Source of the DNA: Candidatus Gastranaerophilales bacterium
GTDB taxonomy: Bacteria > Cyanobacteriota > Vampirovibrionia > Gastranaerophilales > Gastranaerophilaceae
Direction: 5' to 3'
DNA length: 64,000 nt
Assembly: GCA_944326565.1 (NCBI GenBank)
Contig: CALVEL010000008.1
Location: forward strand, 2,003-66,002
In this document: piece by piece, positions 8,567 to 18,724 of the stretch
How the letters are laid out: every line of letters starts with the position of its first letter
Position numbering within the stretch: position 1 is the stretch's first letter
Notes under the pieces: model-generated
Databases searched by the model: none
Told to the model about the DNA's origin: nothing
The model's input: only the letters and a program-made list of their open reading frames with translations
Made by a program: the position numbers and the translations under genes

Positions 8567-10198
8567 ATGATAACAACGGAAAAATTAACAGTAAGATTTG
8601 GATCACAAACTTTATTTGAAAATGTAAATATAAAATTCACTCCCGGTAATTGTTACGGACTTATTGGTGCAAACGGTTCAGGAAAAAGTACTTTTTTGAA
8701 AGTGCTTTCAGGGGATATTGAGCCGACTTCAGGAGAAGTTCATATTTCAAAAGGACAAAGAATTGCCGTATTAAAACAAAACCATTTTGAATTTGATAAT
8801 TTCAAAGTTATTGATACCGTAATTATGGGGCATAAAAAGTTGTATGACATTATGCAAGAAAGGGATGCATTATATTCAAAACCGGACTTTAATGATGAAG
8901 ATGGTATAAAAGTTGCACATTTAGAAACAGAATTTGCCGAACTTGACGGCTGGCAGGCTGAGGCTATGGCTGCAAGTCTTTTGAGTGAATTAGGGATTTC
9001 CGATGAATTTCATTATTCTTTAATGAGTGAATTATCAGGAAGTGAAAAAGTTCGTGTATTATTAGCACAAGCACTTTTTGGCAATCCTGATATTTTACTG
9101 TTAGATGAGCCGACTAACCACCTTGATATAAATACGATAGCTTGGCTGGAAGAATTTTTAATTAACTTTCAAAATACTGTGATTGTCGTATCACACGATA
9201 GAAAATTTTTGGATAATGTATGTACACATATTGCAGATATTGATTACAAAAATATTCAACTATATACAGGTAATTACACATTTTGGTCACAAGCAAGTCA
9301 GTTAATCCAGAAGCAAAAAGAGGAACAAAACCGTAAAACTGAAGAAAAAATGGAAGAATTAAAAGCTTTTATTGCTCGATTCAGTGCAAATGCCTCTAAA
9401 GCAAAACAAGCAACTTCAAGAAAAAATATGCTTGATAAACTTTCATTAGAAGAAATAAAACCATCTTCAAGGCAGTATCCAAGAATTAGATTTACTTTTA
9501 CAAAACCCCCTGGACGTGATGTTTTGACCGTCAAAAATTTGAATAAATCTATTGACGGTGAACAGGTAATCAAAAGTTTATCATTTGAATTATATCAAGG
9601 AGAAAAAGTTGCATTTATTGCAAAAGATCCTCTAATTACGACAACATTATTTGAAATTTTGAATGGAAAAATTTCTCCTGATTCAGGTGAATACAAATGG
9701 GGAGTTACTGCTACTTGCTCATATTTCCCTTTAGATAACAATTATTTCTTCGAAAATGATTTGACAATTATGCAATGGCTCGCTCAATATTCACTTGATC
9801 AGCATGTAAATTATTTGAGAGGATATCTTGGCAGAATGTTATTTACAGGAGAAGATGCTGATAAAAAAGTTAAAGTACTTTCAGGCGGAGAAAAAGTGAG
9901 ATGTCTTTTTGCAAAAATGATGATAGAAGCATCAAATGTGATGATTTTTGATGAGCCGACAAATCATTTAGATTTAGAAGCAATTACTGCTTTGAATAAT
10001 GCTTTGATTGATTATCCCGGAACTGTCCTTTTCACATCTCAGGATTATAGGTTAATTCAGACTGTAGCAGACCGAATTATTGAAATCTCACCTTACGGTT
10101 ACATTAATATGCGAAATAAATATGACGAATATCTTGTAAATCCTACCGTTATAAAAAAACGTGAAGAATTGTATAAAAATTTTGCTCTTAAAAAATAA
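8567..10198 (+). CDS. ABC-F family ATPase (two ABC cassettes, no TM domain)
   Basis: Walker A GANGSGKST, signatures LSGSEKVR and LSGGEKVR, Walker B LLLDEPTNHLD and MIFDEPTNHLD, and a charged inter-domain linker. Confidence 0.9.
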   Translation: MITTEKLTVRFGSQTLFENVNIKFTPGNCYGLIGANGSGKSTFLKVLSGDIEPTSGEVHISKGQRIAVLKQNHFEFDNFKVIDTVIMGHKKLYDIMQERDALYSKPDFNDEDGIKVAHLETEFAELDGWQAEAMAASLLSELGISDEFHYSLMSELSGSEKVRVLLAQALFGNPDILLLDEPTNHLDINTIAWLEEFLINFQNTVIVVSHDRKFLDNVCTHIADIDYKNIQLYTGNYTFWSQASQLIQKQKEEQNRKTEEKMEELKAFIARFSANASKAKQATSRKNMLDKLSLEEIKPSSRQYPRIRFTFTKPPGRDVLTVKNLNKSIDGEQVIKSLSFELYQGEKVAFIAKDPLITTTLFEILNGKISPDSGEYKWGVTATCSYFPLDNNYFFENDLTIMQWLAQYSLDQHVNYLRGYLGRMLFTGEDADKKVKVLSGGEKVRCLFAKMMIEASNVMIFDEPTNHLDLEAITALNNALIDYPGTVLFTSQDYRLIQTVADRIIEISPYGYINMRNKYDEYLVNPTVIKKREELYKNFALKK

Positions 10199-10236
10199 TG
10201 TTGACAAATTTTAAAAGCATAATTATTATACTTTAC

Positions 10237-10767
10237 ATGAGATTTTTATTAATTTTATTTACTTTAGCAACAGTAATCTTACCTGTACAAGCTGGGATGC
10301 TTTTAACAGGAGAGGTTGAATATACGACAGATTCCGCTCGGTACGAGTTGATTAATTCAATACCGCAAAAGTCAGATGAAAAATTTGTTTCAATTTATTT
10401 AAAAGACGAAAATTACAAGGAAAATATTTCTGCTCTATTAAAAGGTTCTGTTGAACTAAAAGATAGAACTCTTGCTATGTTTTCGGATAATTCTTATGCA
10501 GTGATGTATCATAATGATAAATTGCATGTTTTTTATTATGCACCAAATGGCAGTTTAACTCATTATGAATTGAAAGATGGAATCGAATATCCATATAAAT
10601 CTTATAAATATGACATAAATGGTAATTTAGTTAATATGGGACTAAGAGTTTCGAAAGCTGAGACTTATATCTTTTCACCAAATGGTAAATTGATTGCTCA
10701 TTGGATAAAAGAAAATGGTTATGATGAAAATGGCAATGTTATAATGACAAGAAAATATCTTGATTAA
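10237..10767 (+). CDS. secreted protein with YD/YwqK-like repeats
   Basis: Signal peptide MRFLLILFTLATVILPVQAG from the ATG at 10237 (an alternative start at 10198 exists). Repeated YKYDINGNLV / YDENGNVI units. Confidence 0.5.
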   Translation: MRFLLILFTLATVILPVQAGMLLTGEVEYTTDSARYELINSIPQKSDEKFVSIYLKDENYKENISALLKGSVELKDRTLAMFSDNSYAVMYHNDKLHVFYYAPNGSLTHYELKDGIEYPYKSYKYDINGNLVNMGLRVSKAETYIFSPNGKLIAHWIKENGYDENGNVIMTRKYLD

Positions 10768-10853
10768 TTATTGAAAAATTTTAAATAAAGACTTGAAAAA
10801 AATTTTTATTTTATACAAAATATATATGCCCCAAATTAAAAGGATTTTTTACT

Positions 10854-11612
10854 ATGTCTTTTACAATAATTAATGCGCAGTTAGGTCGCAGTAAAAAAGT
10901 TTTGAAAAAAATTTTACCCCCAAAAATTGCTAGAGAAGAAATCAAACAAACAGCTTTAAAAAAAATTATTCCAACAACGATGATTGTTGCAGAATCTTTG
11001 ACTCCGCTTATATCACATGCCGAAGAAGCTAATAAAGTTTTAAAATTTGGTGCAAATTATTGGAATGCAGAAAATTTTGTTCATTTTATTCCAAAAATTT
11101 TTAAGCCAAAACAAGAAAGGCTTCTGCCTCCTTTAGGTAATTATAATTTTATCCCGAAAAATAATTTCAGTAAAAATTCTGAATTTTTACGCAAACCATA
11201 TAGTGGCACAATCGAAGAGCTTGAGTATTTTATAGAAGATTTAATTCCCAAAAGAAAAGGAAAAAAAGATTATAATCCCTTCTATAAAAAAGCTGAAAGT
11301 TTTGTGGAAATCGGTAAAAAATATAATGTAAATCCAACAGTTTTAATAGCTATAGGTATGCAGGAATCAGGCAGAGGTACCTCTTATGCAGCTTTGAAAA
11401 AAAATAATATCGGCGGTATTACATTAAAAACAGGACTTGCTAAATTCAATACCGTAGAAGATTGTATTGAAAAAATGGCTGAAATTATTGACAAAAGATT
11501 AAAAGAAAATTATAACAGCATTGAAAAAATTGGAAAATCAGGAAAATATTGCGCGAAATCCTCTGCTGATGAATGGATTAGAAATGTGGTATTTTATTTG
11601 AATAATATGTAA
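10854..11612 (+). CDS. glucosaminidase (FlgJ/LytD-type muramidase) domain protein
   Basis: C-terminal half has VLIAIGMQESGRGTSYAALKKNNIGGI, the recalled mannosyl-glycoprotein endo-beta-N-acetylglucosaminidase core (ES..G.S......NN.fGi). Confidence 0.65.
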   Translation: MSFTIINAQLGRSKKVLKKILPPKIAREEIKQTALKKIIPTTMIVAESLTPLISHAEEANKVLKFGANYWNAENFVHFIPKIFKPKQERLLPPLGNYNFIPKNNFSKNSEFLRKPYSGTIEELEYFIEDLIPKRKGKKDYNPFYKKAESFVEIGKKYNVNPTVLIAIGMQESGRGTSYAALKKNNIGGITLKTGLAKFNTVEDCIEKMAEIIDKRLKENYNSIEKIGKSGKYCAKSSADEWIRNVVFYLNNM

Positions 11613-12980
11613 TTAATTAAAAAGTTTATTTTTATGATTATCTCTTCCGCCAAGATTTAAAAGATTAAGACTTTCTGTTTTATCTTGAAAATATCTTATA
11701 TTTTCTTCTGTTATTCTTGAAGGATATGCTTGATGAAAACTTTCGCTTGCTTTTATAAGACCATTTGAAAGTTCTGTAAAATATTTTAATTCTTCATATG
11801 GATCGTTTACCCTTTCTGTCAAATATGCGGGATGTGCAAAAGCCATAAAAATATTTTTTTCATTTTTAAATCCCTCAATTACATCTTCAAAAGAATTTTC
11901 ACTTGTTGTTATAATTTTTTGATTTTCGATATGAGGTTCATATTTTTTTAAAATAGAATGCAGTTCATGATTTTCTTGTATATCATATGGGATCTTACCA
12001 TATTCATGAAGCTGACCCAAGGATACACCCTTATTATTTTGCATAATTTTTTCATATAAAATATTTGGATTTTCATTTATCCTTGCAGCATAATTTGTTA
12101 CAGCATGTTTTGTCTGCACATAATGATTAATTCTCCAGTGCAAATTCATCATATTGCCATATTTTTCAAAATCGTAAAATCGTGAAAATTCATTAAAAGA
12201 AAATTCTGTTAAAGGACATTTTTTTGACGCTTCATTGATAAAATTATTTACCATTTGAGTTCTTTTTTGTTTTGTATTATTTAAAAAATGATTTAATTTT
12301 TTTGAATATGGATTAATACCGTAAACTAATAATTCAGAAATCTCACAGGGATTATTTGATTTAGGTGTTTTATGTGAAAAACTAACTTCAATTGCCGGAA
12401 CAAATCTTAAATTTTTATATCTTTTAGGATTTGATGCAATAATTTCTAAGGCTTCTTTGACACCTTCCGTTGTGTCATGATCTGTTAATGCAAAAATAAA
12501 TTTTTGCTTTGTTTTTTTATACAAAATATCTGCATATTCTGCAGCGTCTTCTAATAAATTTTTTACAAATCCTTCACCGTCTGAGTAATTTGAATGACTA
12601 TGCAAATCTGCTACAAAAAAACCGTTTTTTATGTTTTGTGAGTTTGCTTCATAATTTTTTTTTGTCAGTTTAGGTAAAATTTTTAAAAGTTCATCTCCGC
12701 TCATAACACATGACAAATTTTCTGCTGGAATTTTTTTACCCGTTATTGTATTTAATGAATTGGATAATGTTTTTGCATAGGAAGAAATTTTCATGTTTTT
12801 TGCAAGATATATGACTCCTATCCCTGCTGCTATTATGCTTGCACTGTAGGCTGCTGTTTTTTTATAATCAAAATGATTTAAATATTCATTTTTATATTGG
12901 TTATTATTTCTTTTTTCTAAATTATTTCGAAAACAAAAACTATTGCTGTAATTATAATTTTTTACTGCAGAAACTTTCAT
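11613..12980 (-). CDS. membrane-anchored PHP-family metal-dependent phosphoesterase carrying the shared leader
   Basis: Leader MKVSAVKNYNYSNSFCF, TM segment AAYSASIIAAGIGVIYLA, PHP motifs ADLHSHSNYSDGEG and ALTDHDT. Confidence 0.7.
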   Translation of the reverse strand: MKVSAVKNYNYSNSFCFRNNLEKRNNNQYKNEYLNHFDYKKTAAYSASIIAAGIGVIYLAKNMKISSYAKTLSNSLNTITGKKIPAENLSCVMSGDELLKILPKLTKKNYEANSQNIKNGFFVADLHSHSNYSDGEGFVKNLLEDAAEYADILYKKTKQKFIFALTDHDTTEGVKEALEIIASNPKRYKNLRFVPAIEVSFSHKTPKSNNPCEISELLVYGINPYSKKLNHFLNNTKQKRTQMVNNFINEASKKCPLTEFSFNEFSRFYDFEKYGNMMNLHWRINHYVQTKHAVTNYAARINENPNILYEKIMQNNKGVSLGQLHEYGKIPYDIQENHELHSILKKYEPHIENQKIITTSENSFEDVIEGFKNEKNIFMAFAHPAYLTERVNDPYEELKYFTELSNGLIKASESFHQAYPSRITEENIRYFQDKTESLNLLNLGGRDNHKNKLFN

Positions 12981-13334
12981 AAATAAATGTCACCTTTTAT
13001 TAAATTTTAATTATATTCAGATATTTTCTCAATTCCCCGAGAAGAGACTTAAATTAATTTCTAAAACTTGAAAACGATAATCTAAATAGATTATATATAA
13101 AAAGTTTTAAATTATAAAATTGTTTACATAAATTTATAAAAAATTAAAAAAAAATATTAAATTTTTTTAATTTTTTTTCTTTTAAAAAAGATAATGCTAA
13201 ATTGAAAATATATAAAAAATAATTAAAAATTTTTTTTAAATTTTAATTAAAATAAAAAAACATTTAGATAGAGGATGTTAGATAAAAAAAGTTACTTTAT
13301 ATTTAAAATACTTACTTAACAAGGAGGCTTATTA

Positions 13335-13883
13335 ATGAAAAAAGATTATGAACAAATTCTTAGCAGCTATAATGGTGGAGACTTGGATCTTTCTGGCTGC
13401 ACAATCAAACATTTAGAACTGGGAAACATTGAAGGTAGTTTGAACCTTTCAAAATGTGTAATTGACAAATTAACTATCGGCTGGGTAAGCAATGAGTTAA
13501 ATATGTCAGGTGCAGAAATCAAAAATTTTGCAACACCTATTGATGCTGATCGCGTTAATATGGCTGGTACAAAAGTTAAAAAATTACCGGAACATATTTA
13601 TACTGGTTGGTTAAATATGGAAAAATCAAATGTTGAAAAATTAAATACAGATATCAGAACAAATGTATTTAATATTTCAGGAACAAAAATTGAACAATTA
13701 CCTAAAAATTTCCGAGTTCATACATTAGTTGTTGATTCAAAAGTTGCTAAAAACTTATCATTAACAACTTTAAATCAATGTGAAGAATTAATTATTGATG
13801 GCCGCAGATATTTTGAACAAAATGAATCAGGATACAATTTCTGCAGCATGGCATCAGATGTTAAAGAATGCGCTTGTGTGTAG
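13335..13883 (+). CDS. repeat protein (LRR-like ~22-aa units), Cys-rich C-terminus
   Basis: Strong RBS AAGGAGG. Repeated LxLSGCxIKxL / LNMSGAEIKNF / VNMAGTKVKKL / FNISGTKIEQL units. Ends in ECACV. Confidence 0.6.
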   Translation: MKKDYEQILSSYNGGDLDLSGCTIKHLELGNIEGSLNLSKCVIDKLTIGWVSNELNMSGAEIKNFATPIDADRVNMAGTKVKKLPEHIYTGWLNMEKSNVEKLNTDIRTNVFNISGTKIEQLPKNFRVHTLVVDSKVAKNLSLTTLNQCEELIIDGRRYFEQNESGYNFCSMASDVKECACV

Positions 13884-13914
13884 ATTTAAAACTCATTGAT
13901 ATTTATAAATTAGA

Positions 13915-13945
13915 AAAGGTTTTGTGATAAATTCACAAAACCTTT
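13915..13945. terminator. bidirectional rho-independent terminator between convergent genes
   Basis: Perfect 13-bp stem AAAGGTTTTGTGA / TCACAAAACCTTT with a 5-nt loop, flanked by A-rich and T-rich runs. Confidence 0.75.
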
Positions 13946-13955
13946 ATTTTATATT

Positions 13956-14822
13956 TTAATTCATAAAATTCCAAAAATATCTTTTAGTTTTTTCTAAAAT
14001 ATTTGAAGAAATTATCCCTTTTTTTACAGAAATCATTTGATATTTTTCAGGTTGAGTTGCTCTTTGGTATTTTACATCAGGCATACCGAAAAGCATTGCA
14101 TAACCGACTTTATAGCCTTGCGGAATTTCAAGTTTTTCACATAATTCAGGAAACATTTTTATAACTGCATCTGCAATTCCACACCAACATGTACCAATCC
14201 CAAGACTTTGGGCATATAATTCAAAGTAAGAAAGAGCTATTATAGGATCCACGTCAGCGCAAGGTGCATCGATAGGACTTGATACAACAATCATATGCGG
14301 TGCTCCGCGAAAAATAATATCTTCTCCTCTTAAAAATGCATTTTTATATCTTTCGAATTTTCCTGTAAGATGTTTTAAAATAGGATTTTTAAGTATATTA
14401 AGCATTTTTCCGTTTGTATAATTTCTAAATTCATTCATTACTTCAATATCATCAATAAAAGAGAAGAATAGCTTATGATTATTGACTCCTGTCGGGACCC
14501 AATTCAACATATTTTTTAATTTTTCAATCAATTCTTTATCAATATTTTCGTTTTTGTAATATCTTATGCTTCGTCTTGATTGAATTAAATTCAGCATTTG
14601 TAATGCATTTGGCAAATTGTTTGGTATTTCTGAATTTTCAGGGTTTTTCCCTAATATTGATAATGCTCCGACAGGACAAATTGCAAGACAATGACCACAT
14701 TTAATACATCTTTTCTCATCAAGTTCAGGAATTTTATTTTCATTGAATTTTAGGGCTTTGCCCATGCAATCTTTTATACATTTTCCACAGTGAATACATT
14801 TTTCGTCTATATTGAATTCCAT
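13956..14822 (-). CDS. ferredoxin-domain-fused nitroreductase family protein
   Basis: Two 4Fe-4S motifs CIHCGKCIKDC and CIKCGHCLAICP, followed by the nitroreductase N-motif RRSIRYYK. Confidence 0.75.
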   Translation of the reverse strand: MEFNIDEKCIHCGKCIKDCMGKALKFNENKIPELDEKRCIKCGHCLAICPVGALSILGKNPENSEIPNNLPNALQMLNLIQSRRSIRYYKNENIDKELIEKLKNMLNWVPTGVNNHKLFFSFIDDIEVMNEFRNYTNGKMLNILKNPILKHLTGKFERYKNAFLRGEDIIFRGAPHMIVVSSPIDAPCADVDPIIALSYFELYAQSLGIGTCWCGIADAVIKMFPELCEKLEIPQGYKVGYAMLFGMPDVKYQRATQPEKYQMISVKKGIISSNILEKTKRYFWNFMN

Positions 14823-14841
14823 ATAATCTCCTTTATAAAAA

Positions 14842-16056
14842 CTAAATTAAAAATTGGGTTCCGACTAAAATTCTATGTGAATCCGGTCCGATATTATTTT
14901 GACAGAAAATATAATTTAAAATCAACCTTGCTGCTTGACCTTTTATAAAATAATTTATACCAGTTGTATATTCTCTTTTTTTATTGTGAGCAATATCTGT
15001 ATTTGGATTAAATTCATCATATCTAAAAAGAACTTGTAATTTCTTTGTGATTTTGTATGCAATAGTAGAATAAAAACCGTTTGCTTTATTTGTTGTAAAA
15101 CTTGTAGCACCGTTGGAGCCGTCAGCATGTGCCCATTCAAAACGCGTTGAAAATCTTTTATATTCATAACCTACAAACGCTCCTGTTACAAAAAAATCTG
15201 AATCCCTTTTTCCTGTAGAAATTCCCCCTCCTGCTACAAGTTTACCGTATTTACCATCAGTTTTAGCCAAGGGTTTAAAATTTACCCAGCCGTCAAATTC
15301 CATTCCGGGGAAAAATGATGAAAAATATGTATCAGAACTCAAAATTCCTAAATCATAATCGATAAAATCATAATTTCCAACTGCTCTTAGACCAAATTTA
15401 CGTACTGTACCGAAGTTTCTTGAAATCTGAGAACGATTTATAAATGGCAATGTATATGGGCTTTGTGCACCTTCCATACCTATTGCAGGGCGTGTATTAC
15501 CAAAAATTATTCTATGATGAGGTATTCTGTTTGTTGCTATATATGCATCAAGGATAAAATTTTGCATAAAAGGTCTTTGATTTTGCGGGGTAGGATTTAG
15601 CATAATTCTGAAATCTTCTTTTCCGCTTTTTAAGACACCATCTAAATTTATATTAATTAAACCGATTTTATAAAAGAAATCATTATCCTCACCTTCATTA
15701 AAATCATATCTGCCATGAGTTTGCACTGCTACCCAAGGATGAAAACTTTTTAAAGGGCCATTTTCAAAGTGCATAGTAGTTAATTCATTGAATAAAGGAA
15801 CCGCAACATCAGTTCTTTCTATTTCCAGGTTATATACTTCTTTTAATCGTTCTGCTAAAGTTTGTTCTTCTTTTATTTCACCTTTTATTTTAGGCTCATC
15901 TTTTTCTTCTGATTGTTCAAACAAATTCAATTGAGTTTCAAGAAAAATTTCTTCTTCAGAATCTTCTACATTTTCAATTATTTCTTCTCCCTCTTGTGCA
16001 AATACGCAACAGGGAACTAAAAAAAATAAAACGAGTATTAAAATAATCTTTTTCAC
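14842..16056 (-). CDS. outer-membrane porin (porin O/P-like beta-barrel)
   Basis: Signal peptide MKKIILILVLFFLVPCCVFA, an acidic linker, then alternating beta-strand pattern to the C-terminus. The family assignment is from general resemblance only. Confidence 0.5.
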   Translation of the reverse strand: MKKIILILVLFFLVPCCVFAQEGEEIIENVEDSEEEIFLETQLNLFEQSEEKDEPKIKGEIKEEQTLAERLKEVYNLEIERTDVAVPLFNELTTMHFENGPLKSFHPWVAVQTHGRYDFNEGEDNDFFYKIGLININLDGVLKSGKEDFRIMLNPTPQNQRPFMQNFILDAYIATNRIPHHRIIFGNTRPAIGMEGAQSPYTLPFINRSQISRNFGTVRKFGLRAVGNYDFIDYDLGILSSDTYFSSFFPGMEFDGWVNFKPLAKTDGKYGKLVAGGGISTGKRDSDFFVTGAFVGYEYKRFSTRFEWAHADGSNGATSFTTNKANGFYSTIAYKITKKLQVLFRYDEFNPNTDIAHNKKREYTTGINYFIKGQAARLILNYIFCQNNIGPDSHRILVGTQFLI

Positions 16057-16174
16057 TTTAACAAATACTTTTTATTAATTACTTAATAAAAAAATATTAC
16101 TACAAATATAGGGTTTAAAAAATTACTATTGCAAAGGATTTTTTTTCTTTAGATAATTGAATACAGGTAAGAAG

Positions 16175-16864
16175 ATGGCAACTAATTTTGATTTTTTAAA
16201 AAGTACAGATAAAAATCTTTTTGATATTATATCCGAAGCAGAAAAGCTCTATCGTGACGAATATTTTGAGCAATGTATGGGACAGACAAGAAGATTTGGT
16301 GAAAATATTTGCAAAGATGTCTTAGGCAGCAGAAGAACGTCAGAAGAAACTTTTGATGATATGCTTGCGACATTAAAAGATAAATCTAAAGGTAACCCGC
16401 AGGAAAAAGAATTTTTAGATGATTTATATTTTCTTAAAAGGAACGGAAATAAATCTGTTCATAGCAATATTGTAGAAAAAGACGGTATGAAAGCTTTAGA
16501 ATGTCTTCAAAGAGCTTTTGAAGTTGCTATAAGTTATTCTGTTTTCAAAAACGGTCCTTCTGATAAACTTTTGCATTTACAATATGATACAGAGCTTCTT
16601 GTGACGGGAAAGAAAAATAAATCTCTTGCTGAAAGATACAATCAAGAAAAATTAAATCAACAAAAATTAAAAGTTAAAAATAAAAGTATAGAAAAAGTTC
16701 AAAAAAAATCAGAAAAAAGAAAAAAAATAAACAAAAAAAATGGTTATGATAAAAAAAGCTCTGTAAGCAAAAAAATATCTATATTTCCGATTATAATGCT
16801 TATATCATTAACAATATCTTTAACAATAATAGTATTCTTGCTTTTAACTTTTATTAAACCTTAG
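16175..16864 (+). CDS. DUF4145-like (HEPN-related) protein with Lys-rich linker and C-terminal TM helix
   Basis: FDFLK...LAEKLYRDEYFEQCMGQTRRFGENICKDVL...YFLKRNGNKSVHS fits the recalled DUF4145 pattern (R.xGN..xH). The tail is KKSEKRKKINKKNGYDKK plus IFPIIMLISLTISLTIIVFLLL. Confidence 0.55.
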   Translation: MATNFDFLKSTDKNLFDIISEAEKLYRDEYFEQCMGQTRRFGENICKDVLGSRRTSEETFDDMLATLKDKSKGNPQEKEFLDDLYFLKRNGNKSVHSNIVEKDGMKALECLQRAFEVAISYSVFKNGPSDKLLHLQYDTELLVTGKKNKSLAERYNQEKLNQQKLKVKNKSIEKVQKKSEKRKKINKKNGYDKKSSVSKKISIFPIIMLISLTISLTIIVFLLLTFIKP

Positions 16865-16867
16865 ATT

Positions 16868-18670
16868 TTATTTATTTTTTTCAAAGAATTCACTAATTGT
16901 TCTTTGGATTTGTATTAGGGTATTATTAAAAGTTTCCATATTATTTTCAGCAGTTCTCATTGCTGAAATTAATTGTCTTTTACAGTCTTTCATAATATTT
17001 TTATATTCATTTGTATCAGAAAGTTTAATTTTATTAATTTTTGGAGTTGGTGTAGATTTTATTTTAATAGTTTTTCTAATTTTATTTTGTTTTATTTCAG
17101 ATTTAATTCTGTTGGTTTCTATTGAATAATTTTCATAATAATTTTTAAAACTTTCTATCTCGTTAAAAGCTTTTTGCAAATATTTTTCTATATCTAATCC
17201 TTCTATTTCAATATCATCGTAATATTTTAAAACAGGTGGAAGAGATTGTAAGTATTTAGGATTGTAGTTTTTTACAACTTTATTTGCGTCAATCAAAAAA
17301 TATTTATTTTCTTTTTCACTTAAAAAACCAAGTCTCAAAAGAGGAGCATTGTTTTTATATGATAATTTTATAATAGATATTTTTTCACCATCATCTGTAT
17401 TAAAAACAAAACCTTTTTGTCCAGATTTTACTTCCCATTTAGGATATGATGTTTTCATCTTTGAGAGATTTGGACTTTTTATTATTTTAAATTTGGTATA
17501 TAAATAATCATAAATATTCTTAATGCTATTTAAATTATTAAGAGATTCATCTTTAATATTGCCTATAGCCGGGGTAATGGTTCTTTCATATAATTTTTTA
17601 TTCAAGTAGCTGTTAAAATTATTTAATTTATTTTTGTATAGCTCTAAATAATTTTCTAGCTTTGGCATAATATTGTGTATAGAATCTATGTCATAAAAAT
17701 TTAATTTAGGCGGTATTATGTCAAAATTTTGGACATTGAAATTAGAAACGACTTTATTCTCCTTATTAATTAAAAAGCCATCAGCAATCTTATTGTCAGG
17801 TGTATAAATCATTAGTCTTGTTAAAGTTCCGTGTAATGGATGCTCAAGTTTTTTATATACAATTTGATTTTGCAAATCTCCAATATTAGTTAATATATGT
17901 GAAGACTGTTTTGCTTGTAATTTGTAATCTCCGTAATTGGATCTTAAATTGTTTGAAAGTCTTGAGGGAATATTTTTTAAAAGGTCATCAGTTTGTTTGT
18001 ATAAATAATCTATACTTTTTAAATTTTCTAAATTTTTGTCCTCTAGTTTGAAAATTTCTGGTTTTAAAAATTCAGTACTTATTTTGTTTAAAAACTTTCT
18101 TAAATTAAGCATTGCAATATCTAAATCTGAAAGTGTATTTTCGAGATTTAGTTCAATATTTTTATTTTTTAACTCTTCTTGATTTAAATATTCGTTTTTG
18201 TTTGGAAAAGAATAAGCAATATTTGGGTTTTCATCTTTTAATATTTTGTTGAAATCTGAAATAGCATAAGAATGTAAAAAAATTCTGTTATTTGGATATT
18301 CTTTTCCTTTTTTGACAACTATTTTTATAAAATTTTTTGCCTGTTTGTTTTCAGGAATGTTTATTAAAATTGTATTTTTATCATGTCCGCAATTATGAAA
18401 AACCATAGAACGTTTAAATTCAAAGTCGCAATTCTTTTCTATAAATTCGATTCCTTTATCTGTTTTTTGAGAAAGGATATTAAGAATATCACCATAGGCT
18501 TTTCCTATACTGGCGATATTATCTGCTATTTTATAATTAAGAATACCTGTAGAACCTTTAAAATTTATATTTTTACTAAAATATAAATTTTTATTCTGAA
18601 AATTATAATTAGTATATTTTTTATTATTAAAATTATATGTATTGATAATCATATTTCTAATAAAATACAT
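16868..18670 (-). CDS. large orphan protein (600 aa) with shared leader box
   Basis: N-terminus ...NLYFSKNINFKGSTG, with the rest Asn/Lys-rich and without a recognisable domain. The true start may be the internal MIINTYNF (18652). Confidence 0.6.
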   Translation of the reverse strand: MYFIRNMIINTYNFNNKKYTNYNFQNKNLYFSKNINFKGSTGILNYKIADNIASIGKAYGDILNILSQKTDKGIEFIEKNCDFEFKRSMVFHNCGHDKNTILINIPENKQAKNFIKIVVKKGKEYPNNRIFLHSYAISDFNKILKDENPNIAYSFPNKNEYLNQEELKNKNIELNLENTLSDLDIAMLNLRKFLNKISTEFLKPEIFKLEDKNLENLKSIDYLYKQTDDLLKNIPSRLSNNLRSNYGDYKLQAKQSSHILTNIGDLQNQIVYKKLEHPLHGTLTRLMIYTPDNKIADGFLINKENKVVSNFNVQNFDIIPPKLNFYDIDSIHNIMPKLENYLELYKNKLNNFNSYLNKKLYERTITPAIGNIKDESLNNLNSIKNIYDYLYTKFKIIKSPNLSKMKTSYPKWEVKSGQKGFVFNTDDGEKISIIKLSYKNNAPLLRLGFLSEKENKYFLIDANKVVKNYNPKYLQSLPPVLKYYDDIEIEGLDIEKYLQKAFNEIESFKNYYENYSIETNRIKSEIKQNKIRKTIKIKSTPTPKINKIKLSDTNEYKNIMKDCKRQLISAMRTAENNMETFNNTLIQIQRTISEFFEKNK

Positions 18671-18724
18671 AAAAATTTTTTTTTGCGTATTTTATAAAAT
18701 GAAAATATATTTCTCAATAAAAAA

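Noticed and set aside
13141-13173. 12-bp inverted repeat AAATTAAAAAAA / TTTTTTTAATTT
   Set aside because: It is pure A/T low-complexity sequence, and such palindromes arise trivially in this spacer.
13872-13883. C-terminal CACV of the LRR-like protein as a eukaryotic CaaX or Rab-type prenylation box
   Set aside because: The second aliphatic position is Cys and the motif is only four residues, so chance occurrence is likely. There is no other evidence for a host-targeted effector.
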